A DNA stretch of 64,000 bases, taken from the NCBI RefSeq assembly GCF_035594765.1, contig NC_085842.1, forward strand, positions 9,175,256-9,239,255, read 5' to 3'. The notes under the pieces were generated by a model. The model was not told the origin of the DNA. It saw nothing but the letters and a program-made list of their open reading frames with translations, and made no database searches. This document shows positions 1-12,916 of the stretch, one piece after another (position 1 is the first letter of the stretch; every line of letters starts with the position of its first letter). The stretch comes from Anolis carolinensis. Lineage: Eukaryota. A program made the translations under genes and the position numbers.

Positions 1-693
1 TTCTTGGCCTTTGTTTCCTGTGCGGCATTCAGCATTTGCTTCAGAGGTCTGAACAACCTGTGTCTCCTTGTATATTCCAACTCTTTTTGAAGAGATTTGG
101 TTTGGCCTCTTCTTCTGGCCCCAGATCTCTTCTGTGGTATCTCCCAACTAAATTGGAGGCTTCTCTTGTTCCACCTATAATAATAATAATAATAAACAAC
201 TTTATTTTTATATCCCGCCCCATCTCCCCAAAGGGACCACAACAGGAACAAGCCCAAAACAACAACACAACATATTTGACAGAAAAAACATTCCAACAAT
301 ACACAAAATAAAATATGGACAATACATTAAAATCCAAGCAGATAAAATCAGAGTAATTAAAAGCAAACCAGTGGGGACAGGTTTCATAAAATGGTGTATC
401 ATGGAAATAAGTAACGGCGATAAAGTGCCATATGCTTTTAAAACATAAAGAAGTATTCTAATAGCAGCTCTATTGGGCCTATTTATTCAAATGCGCTCCG
501 GAACAACCATGTTTTCAATTCCCGGCGGAAAATGGGCAGGGAAGGAGCTAACCTGATCTCCTTAGGGAGAGAGTTCCAGAGCCGGGATGGGGGCCACTGC
601 CGAGAAGGCCCTCTCTCTCCCTCGTCCCCACCAGCCGCATTTGAGACAAAGGCGGGGGCGAGAGGAGCGCCTCCCCGGATGATCTTAGGGGGT

Positions 694-856
694 CCCCGGA
701 CTGTGGTAGAGGTTCCTTCTTTGGAGGCTTTTAAGCAGAGGCTGGATGGCCATCTGTCGGGGTGCTTTGAATGAGATTTCCTGCTTCTTAGCGGGAGGTT
801 GGACTGGATGGCCCATGAGGTCTCTTCCAACTCTATTATTCTATGATTCTATGATT
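694..856 (+). mobile_element. CR1 LINE 3' end fragment
   Basis: Encodes [16 protein letters not shown], has the CR1 3'UTR and an (ATTCTATG)n tail; matches the 3' end of the CR1 at 42240-47367. Confidence 0.85.
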
Positions 857-929
857 CGCGTTGGTTCGTAGGAGAGGAAGCGATCACGTAGATAGGCAGG
901 TCCTGAACCGTTTAAGGCTTTATAGGTAA

Positions 930-1406
930 CTAGCTGTGCCCGGCCATGCGTTGCTGTGGCAAAGTGGTGGTAGTATTGGTTAAGATTTGTTGTGTAATTT
1001 TTATTTGACGTTACTTGTATTTTGTAATTAATTTTATTGTAAGTTATCTTTTTATTTTTTATATTTTATTATTTTCTTGTATAATTTTTAGTTATTTTTT
1101 GTTATTATGGTATTTTATTATATTAATTTTTTAGTGTTTTTAATTATTTTTTAATGTTTTTTATTATTTTTTATTGGGTTGCTAGGAGACCAAGTAGGAG
1201 GAGCTTAGCCTTCTAACGGGCAGCAATTGGATAAAAGCAATTATTCCTCTCTCTCTCTAATTAGGACTTTATTTTTCTTTTCTTTTTGTTGTATCAACCT
1301 AGAGGCGTGGATGATGGGTTGTGTCGTCAAATTTCGAGGTTGGGGGGCCTGTAGTTTTGTTGTTTTGTGGGTCGCCGTGATGCCATTACTCTTTTATATA
1401 TATAGA
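930..1406 (-). mobile_element. Non-autonomous Helitron
   Basis: On the minus strand it starts TCTATATATATAAAAG and ends with a GC-rich hairpin (GCCACAGCAACGCATGGC) then CTAG. It sits between host A and T with no TSD. Confidence 0.85.
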
Positions 1407-2021
1407 TAACCTGCACCTTTAATTTGGCCCAGAAACTTTTGGAAACTTTTTCAGTTTCAATTGTCCTTCTTTGGGGGCCACTAGAGAATTCTTCATGATA
1501 GTATTCACTTGATCTAGCTTGTTGTTGGCACTATCGATTAATCCATTCAAAATTTCCACTGGTTTCATAACTTCTATATGTTTATCCAATATCTTATTAT
1601 GTTGTTTTCCTTTCTCCATTTTAGGAGTTTTCAACTGAACATTGGATTTGTTATGTAACCACTTTCATCCAATAGATGTCATATTGTGATAAGTTTTCAA
1701 ATAAATGTCTTTTCTAAACAAGCTCCTCTATTTGGCAATGCTTCAGGAAGATGTTTTGACTTCTGTTCAATTCAAGGTCTCACTGAAAAATCTTCCTTAT
1801 TTCCTTTCTCTTTTCTCTCTAATCCAGAACATTACAAATCACGATTGCATTGGGACTGTACCTATTTCGTCACAAGAAGAACTTCACTTTATCTTCGATT
1901 TCAAAATTTGAGCTTCCCCATTCATTCTTGTTTCTCCTCTTTCTTCCTTTTCTGTTTTCAGAGTTACCTCTTTGTCTTTGTCTATAACAGATTTCATATG
2001 CAATAGGGTAACAGTGTAAAT

Positions 2022-2140
2022 CAATGTTTCTCAACCAGGGGGTCGGGACCCCTGGGTAGGTCACCAGGGGGATGTCAGAGGTGTTGTCAAAGACCATCAG
2101 AAAACACATATTTCTGATGGTCTTAGGAACCCCTTTGGCA
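2022..2140 (+). mobile_element. hAT-type MITE left-end fragment (paralog at ~28700-28820)
   Basis: CAATGTTTCTCAACC terminus resembles the CAGTGG..CTCAACC TIRs of other MITEs here; contains a 14-bp internal palindrome AAGACCATCAGAAA...TTTCTGATGGTCTT. Confidence 0.5.
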
Positions 2141-2187
2141 GTCCTTGTGAATGTGATCAACAAATTCTCTGGTTAATTGGGGGACTA

Positions 2188-3868
2188 ATTATTTATTTAT
2201 TTATTTATTTATTTTATCAGACTTGTATACCGCTACTCCCAGTTTGGCTCAGAGCGGTTTAAATTAAATTAAATAAATTAAAACAATACACTTAGCTTTA
2301 AAATAACAATAAAAACAGACATAGCCCCATGTTTTTCACCCATCGAAAGCTTGTCGGAAGAGCAAGGTTTTGCAGGCTTTCCAAAAGGCAAGTAGGCCTC
2401 GGATAGTTCGAGTTTCAACTGGCAAGGCATTCTATAAATGAGGGGCTACAATCGAGAAGGCTCTCTGCCTAGTAGAAGACAAATGATAAGTCCGTATGTT
2501 AGGGACTTCAAGCAAATTTTGGTCTTTGGACCGAAGTAATCTCTGGGGTTGGTAGGGGGATAAGCGGGCCCTCAGGTACGCCGGCCCCAAACCATGTAAG
2601 GCCTTAAAGGTTAGTACCAGTATCTTGAAAGTAATCCGGTACTCAATCGGTAGCCAGTGCAGCTGTTGTAGAATTGGGGTGATACGCCACCTCGCCGGCA
2701 CCCCGGCGAGAAGACGGAGCCGCCGCGTTTTGCACCAGCTTTAGTTTCCGGATCACTGACAGAGGAAGGCCAATGTAGAGGGCGTTACAGTAGCCGAGCC
2801 TCAAGATGACCGTCGCCTGGATCACCGTAGCCAGGTCGTTCCTAGATAGGTAGGGAGCCAGTCGCCTAGCCTGACGTAGATGGAAAAACGCAGATCTGCT
2901 CACAGCAGAGACCTGGGCCTCCATTGTGAGCAGAGGGTCCAATAAGACACCAAGACTTTTTACAGAAGATGACGGACGCAGTGTCTCGCCATCCAGGGTA
3001 GGCAGCTGCATCTCCCCCCCACCCGGACGGCCCAGCCAAAGGATCTCCGTCTTCGCTGGATTCACCCTCAACCTGCTGGCACGCAATCATCCAGTAACGG
3101 CCTCAAGGCACTGATGGAAACTATCGGGTACGGAGTCCGGCTGGCCCTCCATCCTCAGAATAAGCTGAGTGTCATCAGCGTACTGGTGGCACTCGAGCCC
3201 AAAACTCTGCACCAGTCAGGCAAGCGGTCGCATATAGATGATAAATAATAGAGGAGAGAGAATAGCTCCCTGTGGGACCCCACAAGTTAGCGGAGACCAC
3301 GCGGAAACCATCCCTCCCCTCACCACCCGCTGTCCCTGATTCTGGAGGAAGGAGGACACCCATTTAAGGGGTATCCCCCTAACCCCCGTCATGGCTAGGC
3401 AGTGGGTCAATAGATTGTGATCGACCGTATCAAATGCTGCTGTGAGATCCAATAACACAAGCAGCGCTGATCCGCCTTGATCCCTTTGGCAGCGAAGCTG
3501 ATCTGTGATGGCAACTAGCACAGTCTCCGTCCCGTGCCCCCTACGGAAGCCGGACTGGAAGGGATCAAGTCCGGCTGTACGATTGAGGAACTGCTGCAAC
3601 TGTTCCGCTGCTGCCCTCTCAACCACCTTGTCCAGAAACGGAAGATTCGAGACTGGGCGGTAGCTAGGGGAACCGAACGATCCAAGTCTGGGCTCTTCAG
3701 CAGCGGAGATACCATCGCCTCTTTTAAACCCTCTGGAAAAACTCCTTGCTCAAGGGAGCTATTTATTATATTCAACAGAGGTTCCCGTAATCCCTCCAGG
3801 CAAGATTTTACTAGCCAGGAGGGACACGGATCGAGGGAGCAGGTGGTCGGCCTAGTTGCAGTCATCTG
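2188..3868 (-). mobile_element. L2 LINE, 5'-truncated, frameshifted RT
   Basis: RT motifs in shifted frames (FQSGFRRGHGTET, LDLTAAFDTV, GVPQGAILSPLLF, LHWLPIEYRITFK) and a (TAAA)n tail. Confidence 0.9.
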
Positions 3869-5144
3869 GTGGCACAAGCTATACCTGGTACTACCCAGAT
3901 GACAGAAGCATCATCTTTAGCACATAATTTTAGTTCGAGCCACAACATTGTCTCCTGTGCAAAAGCAAACTTTTGCCTTTATTTTTCCTTCATTTACAAT
4001 GTAATGTCTTCCTGTCCTTGTTGCCTTTCTATGAATCCGCTGCAGTTTGCCAATGTCCTTTCTAAAATGGACTGAACTGAGCAGAACTGGGCAGGAATCA
4101 TGTCTCCCACCCAAGGGTGCTGTTGGAGTGCAGAAGGATCTGGAGGGCAGCAGGATTCCCACTCACCCTGGGGGTCTGTCCATCTGTCTCCTCGATACCG
4201 CCTTCTCTCATGTACTGCTGCTAGTCTGAGTGCCTTCCACCCTGTGCTTCTGCATCAGTGTAGAAGTTTGAATTTTCCTTGGTTTTTCTCTTTGCCTTGG
4301 TTCTGCCTGAAGTTACATACCTTTGTGGTATAGGTTTTGTAAGAATGCAGTATGTCAAGGAACTTTGTGGCCTAATGTGCTCTCAGTGTCTCCAGGCGCC
4401 TTGCTTTAGAAACGTGGGGCAGGGATCACGCTGCAGGGAAAGAGAGGATCAGGAAAATATCTCTCCCCCAAGTTGGAGGAAGTATTTTTCTCCCAAGACT
4501 GATCACTTGGGATAGTCTGTCCATACAGATGGCCACTCAGGTTTTGAGTGGAGATGTGAAGAAGCGGGATCTAGGTAGGAAATGCTTTGCATCGTTAGCC
4601 CCTTTCCGTGTTGACCATATTATTAGAGGCCTTCCTTTACCAAGGTTGGATTAGACACAGGATCTTAGGCCGCTATCCCCTTTGCAGGGATTGTTCTTTG
4701 TTGGGCAAGTGTTAAAGTGCTTCTCAGGAGGCAACGGGCTCTTACCAGTTGGGCCAGTCTTTCTCCCCTCTTCCCCTGTGATTGCTACAGCACTAGGCTA
4801 TTGTTCAATGAGATCTTTCTGTACTCTGCTCCTAATAAGATTTTCCTCTTATTCATCTCGCAGGTAACCTCTAAACGAACCTTATGAAGAAAACATTGCC
4901 CTTTGCCTTTCGTCTGAAATGAAAGTACGCAGGATTAACAAGAACAAGAAATGAATTGGAGAAATTATATTTCAAGCTACATAACTTTAAATGTAAGGAA
5001 AGGGAGGATTGTGCTGTAAAAAGAGGGGTTGGTAAAGAGAAAATAAGGCTACAGCAATACAGAGACTGGGAAGAGGAAATGTCCTATTCAGGAGTCCATA
5101 TCTGTGAACTTCAGGCATAATATTAGAATAATAAATGTTAAAAA

Positions 5145-6791
5145 ATGGAAAATTCATTGTCAAAATCACACACAGGGGAGAAGCGACATAATTGTAAGGA
5201 CTGTGGGAAATGTTTCATTGAGAGAAGTTCTCTTGCTAAACATCAACGAACTCACACAGGAGAGAAGCCATATAAATGCATGGAATGTGGAAAGAGCTTC
5301 AGTGAGAGTGGAAATCTACGCGCCCATCAAAGGACTCACACAGGGGAGAAGCCACATACATGCATGGAATGTGGAAAGAGCTTCAGTGAGAGTGGAAATC
5401 TACGCGCCCATCAAAGGACTCACACAGGGGAGAAGCCATATAAATGCATGGAATGTGGAAAGAGCTTCAGTCGGAGTGGAGATCTACGCACCCATCAAAG
5501 GACTCACACAGGGGAGAAGCCACATACATGCATGGAATGTGGAAAGAGATTCAGTCAGAGTGGACATCTGCATATCCATCAAAGGACTCACACAGGGGAG
5601 AAGCCACATACATGCATGGAATGTGGAAAGAGCTTCAGTAAGAGTGGACATCTGCGTATCCATCAAAGGACTCACACAGGGGAGAAGCCACATACATGCA
5701 TGGAATGTGGAAAGAGCTTCAGTCAGAGTGGACATCTGCGTATCCATCAAAGGATGCACACAGGAGAGAAGCCACATACATGCATGGAATGTGGAAAGAG
5801 CTTCAGTCATAGTGGAAGTCTACGCACCCATCAAAGGATTCACACAGGGGAGAAGCCACATACATGCAGGGAATGTGGAAAGAGCTTCAGTAAGAGTGGA
5901 CATCTGCGCACCCATCAAAGGACTCACACAGGGGAGAAGCCACATACATGCATGGAATGTGGAAAGAGATTCAGTGAGAGTGGACATCTGCGCACCCATC
6001 AAAGGACTCACACAGGGGAGAAGCCACATACATGCATGGAATGTGGAAAGAGATTCAGTGAGAGTGGACATCTGCGCACCCATCAAAGGACTCACACAGG
6101 GGAGAAGCCACATACATGCAGGGAATGTGGAAAGAGCTTCAGTAAGAGTGGAAATCTACACACCCATCAAAGGACCCACACAAGGGAGAAGCCACATACA
6201 TGCATGGAATGTGGAAAGAGCTTCAGTCAGAGTGGAAATCTACACACCCATCAAAGGACTCACACAGGAGAGAAGCCACATACATGCATGGAATGTGGAA
6301 AGAGCTTCAGTCGGAGTGACTATCTACGTTCCCATCAAAGGACTCACACAGGAGAGAAGCCACATACATGCATGGAATGTGGAAAGAGCTTCAGTGGGAG
6401 TGGAGATCTGCGTATCCATCAAAGGATTCACACAGGGGAGAAGCCACATACATGCATGGAATGTGGAAAGAGCTTCAGTAAGAGTGGACATCTGCGTATC
6501 CATCAAAGGACTCACACAGGAGAGAAGCCACATACATGCATGGAATGTGGAAAGAGATTCAGTGAGAGTGGACATCTGCGTATCCATCAAAGGACTCACA
6601 CAGGAGAGAAGCCACATACATGCATGGAATGTGGAAAGAGCTTCAGTCAGAGTGGACATCTGCGTATCCATCAAAGGATCCACACAGGGGAGAAGCCACA
6701 TAAATGCATGGAATGTGGAAACAGCTTCAGTAAGAGTGGACATCTGCGTACCCATCAAAGGATGCACACAGGAGAGAAGCCACATAAATAG
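5145..6791 (+). CDS. Gene A1: C2H2 zinc-finger-only protein, 548 aa, 19 tandem fingers
   Basis: Uninterrupted ORF of 28-aa C2H2 repeats with TGEKP linkers and all Cys/His intact. ATG in good Kozak context (aaaATGg). Upstream acceptor ttttcctcttattcatctcgcag at 4863 is followed by in-frame stops, so no effector exon can be fused. Confidence 0.85.
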   Translation: MENSLSKSHTGEKRHNCKDCGKCFIERSSLAKHQRTHTGEKPYKCMECGKSFSESGNLRAHQRTHTGEKPHTCMECGKSFSESGNLRAHQRTHTGEKPYKCMECGKSFSRSGDLRTHQRTHTGEKPHTCMECGKRFSQSGHLHIHQRTHTGEKPHTCMECGKSFSKSGHLRIHQRTHTGEKPHTCMECGKSFSQSGHLRIHQRMHTGEKPHTCMECGKSFSHSGSLRTHQRIHTGEKPHTCRECGKSFSKSGHLRTHQRTHTGEKPHTCMECGKRFSESGHLRTHQRTHTGEKPHTCMECGKRFSESGHLRTHQRTHTGEKPHTCRECGKSFSKSGNLHTHQRTHTREKPHTCMECGKSFSQSGNLHTHQRTHTGEKPHTCMECGKSFSRSDYLRSHQRTHTGEKPHTCMECGKSFSGSGDLRIHQRIHTGEKPHTCMECGKSFSKSGHLRIHQRTHTGEKPHTCMECGKRFSESGHLRIHQRTHTGEKPHTCMECGKSFSQSGHLRIHQRIHTGEKPHKCMECGNSFSKSGHLRTHQRMHTGEKPHK

Positions 6792-6892
6792 GACAAGTGC
6801 AAAGAAGCCAGAATGTTTGTCCAAAGAACTTCTAATGACTATGACTTAAAATAGACATGAACAGGAAGTGGAAGGGGAAGAAATCACAAAAT

Positions 6893-7340
6893 CATATAAC
6901 CATAGAGTTGGAAGAGACCTCATGGGTCATCTAGTCCAACCCCCTGCCAAGAAGCAGGAAATTCCATTCAAAGCACCCCGGACAGATGGCCATCCAGCCT
7001 CTGCTTAAAAGCCTCCAAAGAAGGTTCCACAGCTGAACTGCTCTCACAGTGAGGAAGTTCTTCCTTATGTTCAGGTGGAATCAGAATAATGGCTTCAAAA
7101 TACAGGAAAGGAGATTCCAACTGAACATCAGGAAGAACTTCCTCACTGTGAGAGCTGTTCGGCAGTGGAACTCTCTCCCCCGGACTGTGGTGGAGGCTCC
7201 TTCTTTGGAGGCTTTGAGGCAGAGGCTGGATGACCATCTGTCGGGGGTGCTTTGAATGCGATTTCCTGCTTCTTGGCAGGGGGTTGGACTGGATGGCCCA
7301 TGAGGTCTCTTCCAACTCTGGGATTCAATGATTCTATGAT
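6893..7340. mobile_element. Two CR1 3' ends in inverted orientation (6893-7081 minus; ~7083-7340 plus)
   Basis: Both arms match the CR1 3' terminus and are mutually complementary. Confidence 0.85.
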
Positions 7341-7499
7341 TTAAAGTGAGTAAATCGAGATAAAAATCAGCATGCAGCAAGAGTTTTGTAGATTGGTTTT
7401 TCTATTAGTTTTGTTCTTTTTATGTAGGTTATGTGTCCTTGAAGCTTTAATGTTTCTTATGTAGTCCTTTCCTTAAAAATGCCAAAATTGTAATTTATA

Positions 7500-9830
7500 T
7501 TAAGAATTATCAGAACAACCTATTAAGAGGACAGAAATAAAGCCAGGAAAGCTCCAGGTCTGGACGGATTGGGAACAGAATATTACAAAAGTATTAGAGA
7601 AATACTGACTGCAACAATATTAGAATTGTATATTGGAATAATGATTGTGGAGAAAATACCAGAATCGTGGAGGAAGTCATTCATAATATTAATATGAAAA
7701 GATTTAACAGACCCAGGGTCTTACAGGCCCACATCATTAGTTAATCAGGATGAAAGGTTTTTATCAGTTATAATAGCCAATAGAATGAATAAATGCATGT
7801 ACAAGTATATATAAAAAGATCAATCTGGGTTTGTAAAAGGAAGACAAATGTTACTAGCATTAGATATATTTAATGCTTTGATTGTGTAGCATGGCAGATA
7901 ATAAGTGAGATTATGAATTAATTTGGAATGGGACGTAGAATAAAAGGATGATTAAAACAATTTTATTTGCTATGGTGATAGAATTATGTGCAAACGCCAT
8001 CCAAAAAGGTAAGAATGTAGAAGGTGTAGGAATAAAGGAAAAGCAGAAGGTGAGCTTATTTGCTGATGACACATTGTTATTGATTAAATATCTGGGTAGG
8101 TCAAATTGATAGGAGAGAGGATCATTAAAAGATATTTGGGAAAACAACGGGTTTATATTATACAAAGAAAAAAGAAAAAGACTTTATAGAACAGAGCCAT
8201 ACGGGAATTAGAATCAAGAACAAATTAATATACCTGGGAGTAAGTATAACAAAGGACTTAAAAGAAATAGAAGAGGTAAATGTAGTAGCATTGAGGAAAA
8301 TAGTTCAAAAAAAATTAATACACATCTATCTTGGTTTGGAAAGACAGCAATACTAAAAATGAAAATGCTTCTGAGGATAAACTTTATACTTACATATACC
8401 TTATATTTATAATGCCATTTCAGATTACAGAAGAAGAGTTGAATACATTATTTCTTTGCAACATTTCTACCCCACCTTTCTCCACCCCAAAGGAGACTCA
8501 TTTGGACAAATGATAAATACTGTAATGGCAGTCAAAGAAATTGACGAAACAAGTTACAGAACAGATCTCAAAAAGAAGAAGGATTAGCGCTTCCTCATAT
8601 GAAAAAATATTATAAAGCAAACAGACTGAGATCGGTTATACAAGGAATGATGAAAAGGAGGATGTAGAATAGTTAATAATGGATTCAGGAAAAGTGGAAG
8701 AAGAAATTCGGAATATGTTTTAAAATAGTTTATGAGAAAAAAAATAAGGTAAACTGGGAACCCAATGTTGAGTAATGCATTAGAAATATGGAACAAATAC
8801 AGGAGAAAGTTAATAACAGATGGCTCAATAATAACCCCAATTATAATGGAAAAGACATTTCCAAAAAATAAAAAATATATATGATGGATAAAAAAATTAA
8901 GGGGAAAAACTTAGATAAAATAGGGGATTGGCTAAAGGTTGGAATGAAGAAAGAAAAGATCAGGAACATAAAAATTTGAAAGGAATATCCAGTAAAATTT
9001 CTAAAATATTAATTGAAAAAAACAAAGGAAAAGTAAAGAATAACACCTTCAAGAAGATTTGGAAAGAAGATATAGGAATGAAAATCAATGAAACAGAGGG
9101 GTTACAATTATGGGCACAAAGACACTTGAAAAATATATCCATATGTGTTAAAGAAAATTATTATTTAGTTGATATGGAAATGGTACCTCACATCCATAAG
9201 AATAGGAAATATAAATAAAAACTACTCAAACAATTGCTGGAGAGGATGCCAAGAATCGGGAACATACATACATATGTGGTGGCTGTGTCAATATGTAAAT
9301 AATTTCTGGGGAAAGGTATTAAGAGAGATAGAAGACACAATGAACATTCAAATAGAAAGCAGTCTTAGCATGGCTTTATTCTCATTATATAATAATAAAC
9401 AGTTGGAAAAAGAGGACAAAGATGCGATAACAAACGCATTAACAATTGCAAGACAGCTTATAGCAAGGAATTGGAAAAGGGAAATAAATATAGAGATAGA
9501 AGAATGGTATAAGGAAGTATGGAAACTGGGAAGAAATGATAGGTTGACGTGGAGAGGGATTTAGAAACAAAGTGGTTGTGATGATGTCTGGAGAAAATGT
9601 ATTGGAAGAGGATTCGAAAAGAAAGACAGAATTACCTCCTCAAGAGGGAATGAAAAGGAATTTTGGACAGATGATAAATAAAAAAAGTGACTTGGGGGAG
9701 GGTAAGAAATCTGTATAAGCGTGAAAATAACAGTAGATGCCAAATGTTAATGTATTGTAGATTGTACTGAATATTATGTGGCTGCTGTAAAAGGATGTAC
9801 GATTTTCTTTAAAAAAATTAATAAATGTAT
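7500..9830 (+). mobile_element. Degenerate L1-clade LINE ORF2 remnant (paralog 34411-36520)
   Basis: A-rich strand; residual motifs KAPGLDG, LFADD, GGLALP and C-terminal CWRGCQESGTYIHMWW; many stops and frameshifts. Confidence 0.75.
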
Positions 9831-11599
9831 TTGTAATTTGTATAAATATGCATTTGTTTTTCTTTCTTGTCTTTGAATATAAATTATTTTTAAAAACAGA
9901 TTATGATGTAGCAGCTATAAAAGCCAATGTGATTCTAGGCTGCCCCGATAGGAGGATTCTGTCTATATCCAAGGAAGTCACGGCCTCCTTTCTTCCGCTT
10001 TGTTCAGACTCACCTGGAATGACCCTGTCTCCAGGTCTCAGTCCCACAATTCAAGACGGATATTGACAGGTCAGAATATCTCCAGAGACGGGATGTAGAG
10101 AAGGGCGGAGAGAGACAGCTGGGTATGTTTCACTTGGAGGAAAGAAGGAAGGGCTTCTCCCTCGGCAGGAAGGAAATGTTGGATCCCAAAAGGGTTGGCC
10201 GTGGTCAGGATGAGAGGTGGACGGAGAGGAAAGGCGTGTCCATGAGACCCCGTGTTGCCTCCTCCTGGAATGGACTCCTAGGACCCTAGAGCCGGAAGAG
10301 ACCCCCAAGGGCCACCCCGTCCTGCCCCTGCCATGCAGGAAGGCACAATCAAAGCACTCCCGATAGATAGCCTCTGCAGAGAAGCCTCCAGAGAAGGACA
10401 CTCCACCACACTCTGAGGCAGCCTAGGCCACTCTCCAACAGCCCTTACTCATTCTTAATGTGTATCTTTGTATATTAAGAGAAGACCTGTAAATAGTTAT
10501 AAGTAGTGAATAAATCAAGAATAAAACCTCCAAGGACTTTGGATGAAAGTCAGAACTCAAGAGTGTTTATTCAAAGAGACGAACTACTTTACAAGGCCAG
10601 AGGCTGTGAAACTGTGACCAGGACTCTGCAGTGTTTTGGGGGTTGGAATCCACTCCTTGCCTATGAGACAGTTTGTCCCATTGTATAGCTGGAGGAGGCC
10701 GTGAGAGGACTGAATTCACCTGCCTGTCTAGCAGGGGTCTTGTGTGTGTGTTTTCCTCTGCTTCTCCTTTCCTTCCATCACTCATTAACACTGACTAGTT
10801 GTGCAGGCCTCACCTACACAACAGAAAGCATTTCCTGAAGGTCAGAGCTGTTCAGTAGTGGAGTCTGCTCCTATCGGGAGTCCATAAGAGTCTCCTTTGG
10901 AGGTTTGTAAGCAGAGACGGCATGCCCATCTGTTGGGGGTGCTTTGGTGGTTTATTCCTGCGTGGTCTGAAGATGATTAGCCCCTCAGCACACAACCCAA
11001 ACTGACTGGGAGGAAGAGATGTGTGTTCTTTCGCCATGAAACCACTGATCCCGTGGGTCGTGGAGTCCAGCCCCATTCTCTCCAAGCAGCGTCACCAGCC
11101 AGACCATCCTCCGCAGGTCGCTCTCCAGCCCCTTTTTGGGGTCACCCAGAGAGAGGACTCCCTCCCCCCCCCACTTCTCTAGGCCCTTGCCTTCTTACCC
11201 AAATCAGAGATTCACAGAATAGTATATTTGGAAGAGACCACGAGGGCCATCTAGTCCAACCCCCTTCTGCCAGGCAGGAAAAGCAGAATCCCTTGCCAGA
11301 ATCCCCGCAGGGTTCAATACTGTCTCCCACGCTGTGTAACATCTACATGAAGCCGTTGGGAGAGATCATCTGAAGTTTTGGAGTTCAATGTCATCTGTAC
11401 GCAGAGGTCTTCCTTGTCAGTCGCAAGGCCAAACAGGGCACAGGGTCACAGCCTGTGTTGGATGGGTTACCTGTCCAAACGTCTCTCCCCTTATGAACCA
11501 TCTCGGAGTCTAAGACCGTCTGGAGAGGCCCTGCTCTCAATCCCGCCCTCTTCGCTGGCATGATTGGCAGGGATGAGAGACAGGGCCTTCCTTCTCGGT

Positions 11600-12600
11600 A
11601 GTGGAAAGGATGGGAAGAGAAGAGAAAAAGGAAGGAAGGGCAAGAGAAAAGAAGGCAAAGGAAGGGAAGGAAGGAAGGGGAAGAGAAAATAAGGCAAAGA
11701 GAAATATGGGAAGAGAAGAGAAAAAGGAAGGAAGGGCAAGAGAAAAGAAGACAAAGGAAGGGAAGGAAGGAAGGGGAAGAGAAAATAAGGCAAAGGAAAA
11801 TATGGGAAGAGAAGAGAAAAAGGAAGGGAGGACAAGAGAAAAGAAGACAAAGGAAGGGAAGGGAAGGAAGGAAGGGGAAGAGAAAATAAGGCAAAGGAAA
11901 ATATGGGAAGAGAAGAGAAAAAGGAAGGAAGGGCAAGAGAAAAGAAGGGAAGGGAAGGTAAAGCAAGGAAAGAAGGAAGGAAGGGCAAGGGAAAAGAGGG
12001 CAAAGGGATGGAAGGGAAGAGAAAAAGGGAAGTAAAGAATGGCAAGAGAAAATAATAATAATGATGATGATGATGATGAATCTTTATTTATATCCTGCTT
12101 TTCTCCCTCACTGGACCCAAAGAGGCTTACGACATATTAAACTCACATAAACAACAATCAGAGTACATCAATAATATAATATAATAGGATAAACAGATTA
12201 ATAAAAACAATTATAGTTTGCATTCAAGTTCATAAGGCATCAAATGAGACATATATTGTACTCTACTCCAGTCCATAACATATGATAGGCAAAGGAAGGG
12301 AAGGCAAGCGAAGAGCAAGAAAAAGCAAGGAAAGAAGGCAAAGGAAGGGAAGAGGAGAGAAGAGAAAAAGGAAGGAAGGGCAAGAGAAAAGAAGGAAAAG
12401 GAAGGGAAGTGAAGGGAAGAAAAAAAGGAAAGAAGGGCAAGAGAAAAGGCAAAGGGGAGAAAAGGGAGGGAAGAGAAAAAGGAAGGAATGAAGGGCAAGA
12501 GAAAAGGCAAAGGAAGGGACAAGAAGACAAGGATAGAAGGAAAGAAGGAAGAAAGGGGAAGGAAGGGCTAGAAAAAAGAAAGCAAAGGAAGGGAAGGTTA
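11600..12600 (+). repeat. Polypurine tandem repeat (~98-103 bp unit, ~3-4 copies plus degenerate units; interrupted at ~12050-12285)
   Basis: Unit aaaataaggcaaaggaaaatatgggaagagaagagaaaaaggaaggaagg... Confidence 0.9.
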
Positions 12601-12916
12601 GAAGCCAGAACGTATTTTAGTTCTTGCGAACCACTGGTAGTCCGTGGACCACTGGTTGAGAGCCACTGTCTGAAAGGGAAGGGGCTAACTCTGGATCCCT
12701 CCCATAACGGCCATTTACAATATTCAAGCTGACCAGTCCTGACTAAAGAGGAAAACAGAGGATGTGTCTGTAGGGGCACAACGTTCACAAACTGGACATT
12801 TAAACCAAGGTGGAAATGGAGCTGGAAACTAAGACCAGAGGAACAAGTGATGGAATCACATATGGTTTATTTCTTTTCAGACGAGGTGACAAGACAATCA
12901 TATTTAACTCTCTGAA

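Larger units (their letters stand above)
176..1440 (-). mobile_element. L2-clade LINE 3' fragment, interrupted by a CR1 3' end and a Helitron
   Basis: Minus-strand RT C-terminus RLWNSLPKEIRLAPSLPIFRRELKTWLFRSAFE* (~483-590) and a (TTA)n tail at 176-195. The host sequence rejoins across the Helitron as ataggtaa|taacctgcacc. Confidence 0.75.

Noticed and set aside
5145-6791. Calling gene A PRDM9
   Set aside because: No PR/SET, SSXRD or KRAB exon is visible or spliceable in frame, and the finger framework differs. Only the mode of evolution is similar.
5104-6849. Long alternative-frame ORFs over the A arrays (581 aa; 630 aa at 31935-33827) and 40035-40883 over B2
   Set aside because: Shadow frames of homogenised 84-bp repeats that happen to lack stops. 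The A-array frames have no usable ATG, and their start points are not conserved between paralogs.
2022-12668. hAT-like ends flanking gene A, suggesting a composite transposon that mobilises the ZNF
   Set aside because: The flanking 8-mers differ (GTGTAAAT vs TCTGAAAG), so there is no TSD; these are probably ends of two unrelated MITE remnants.
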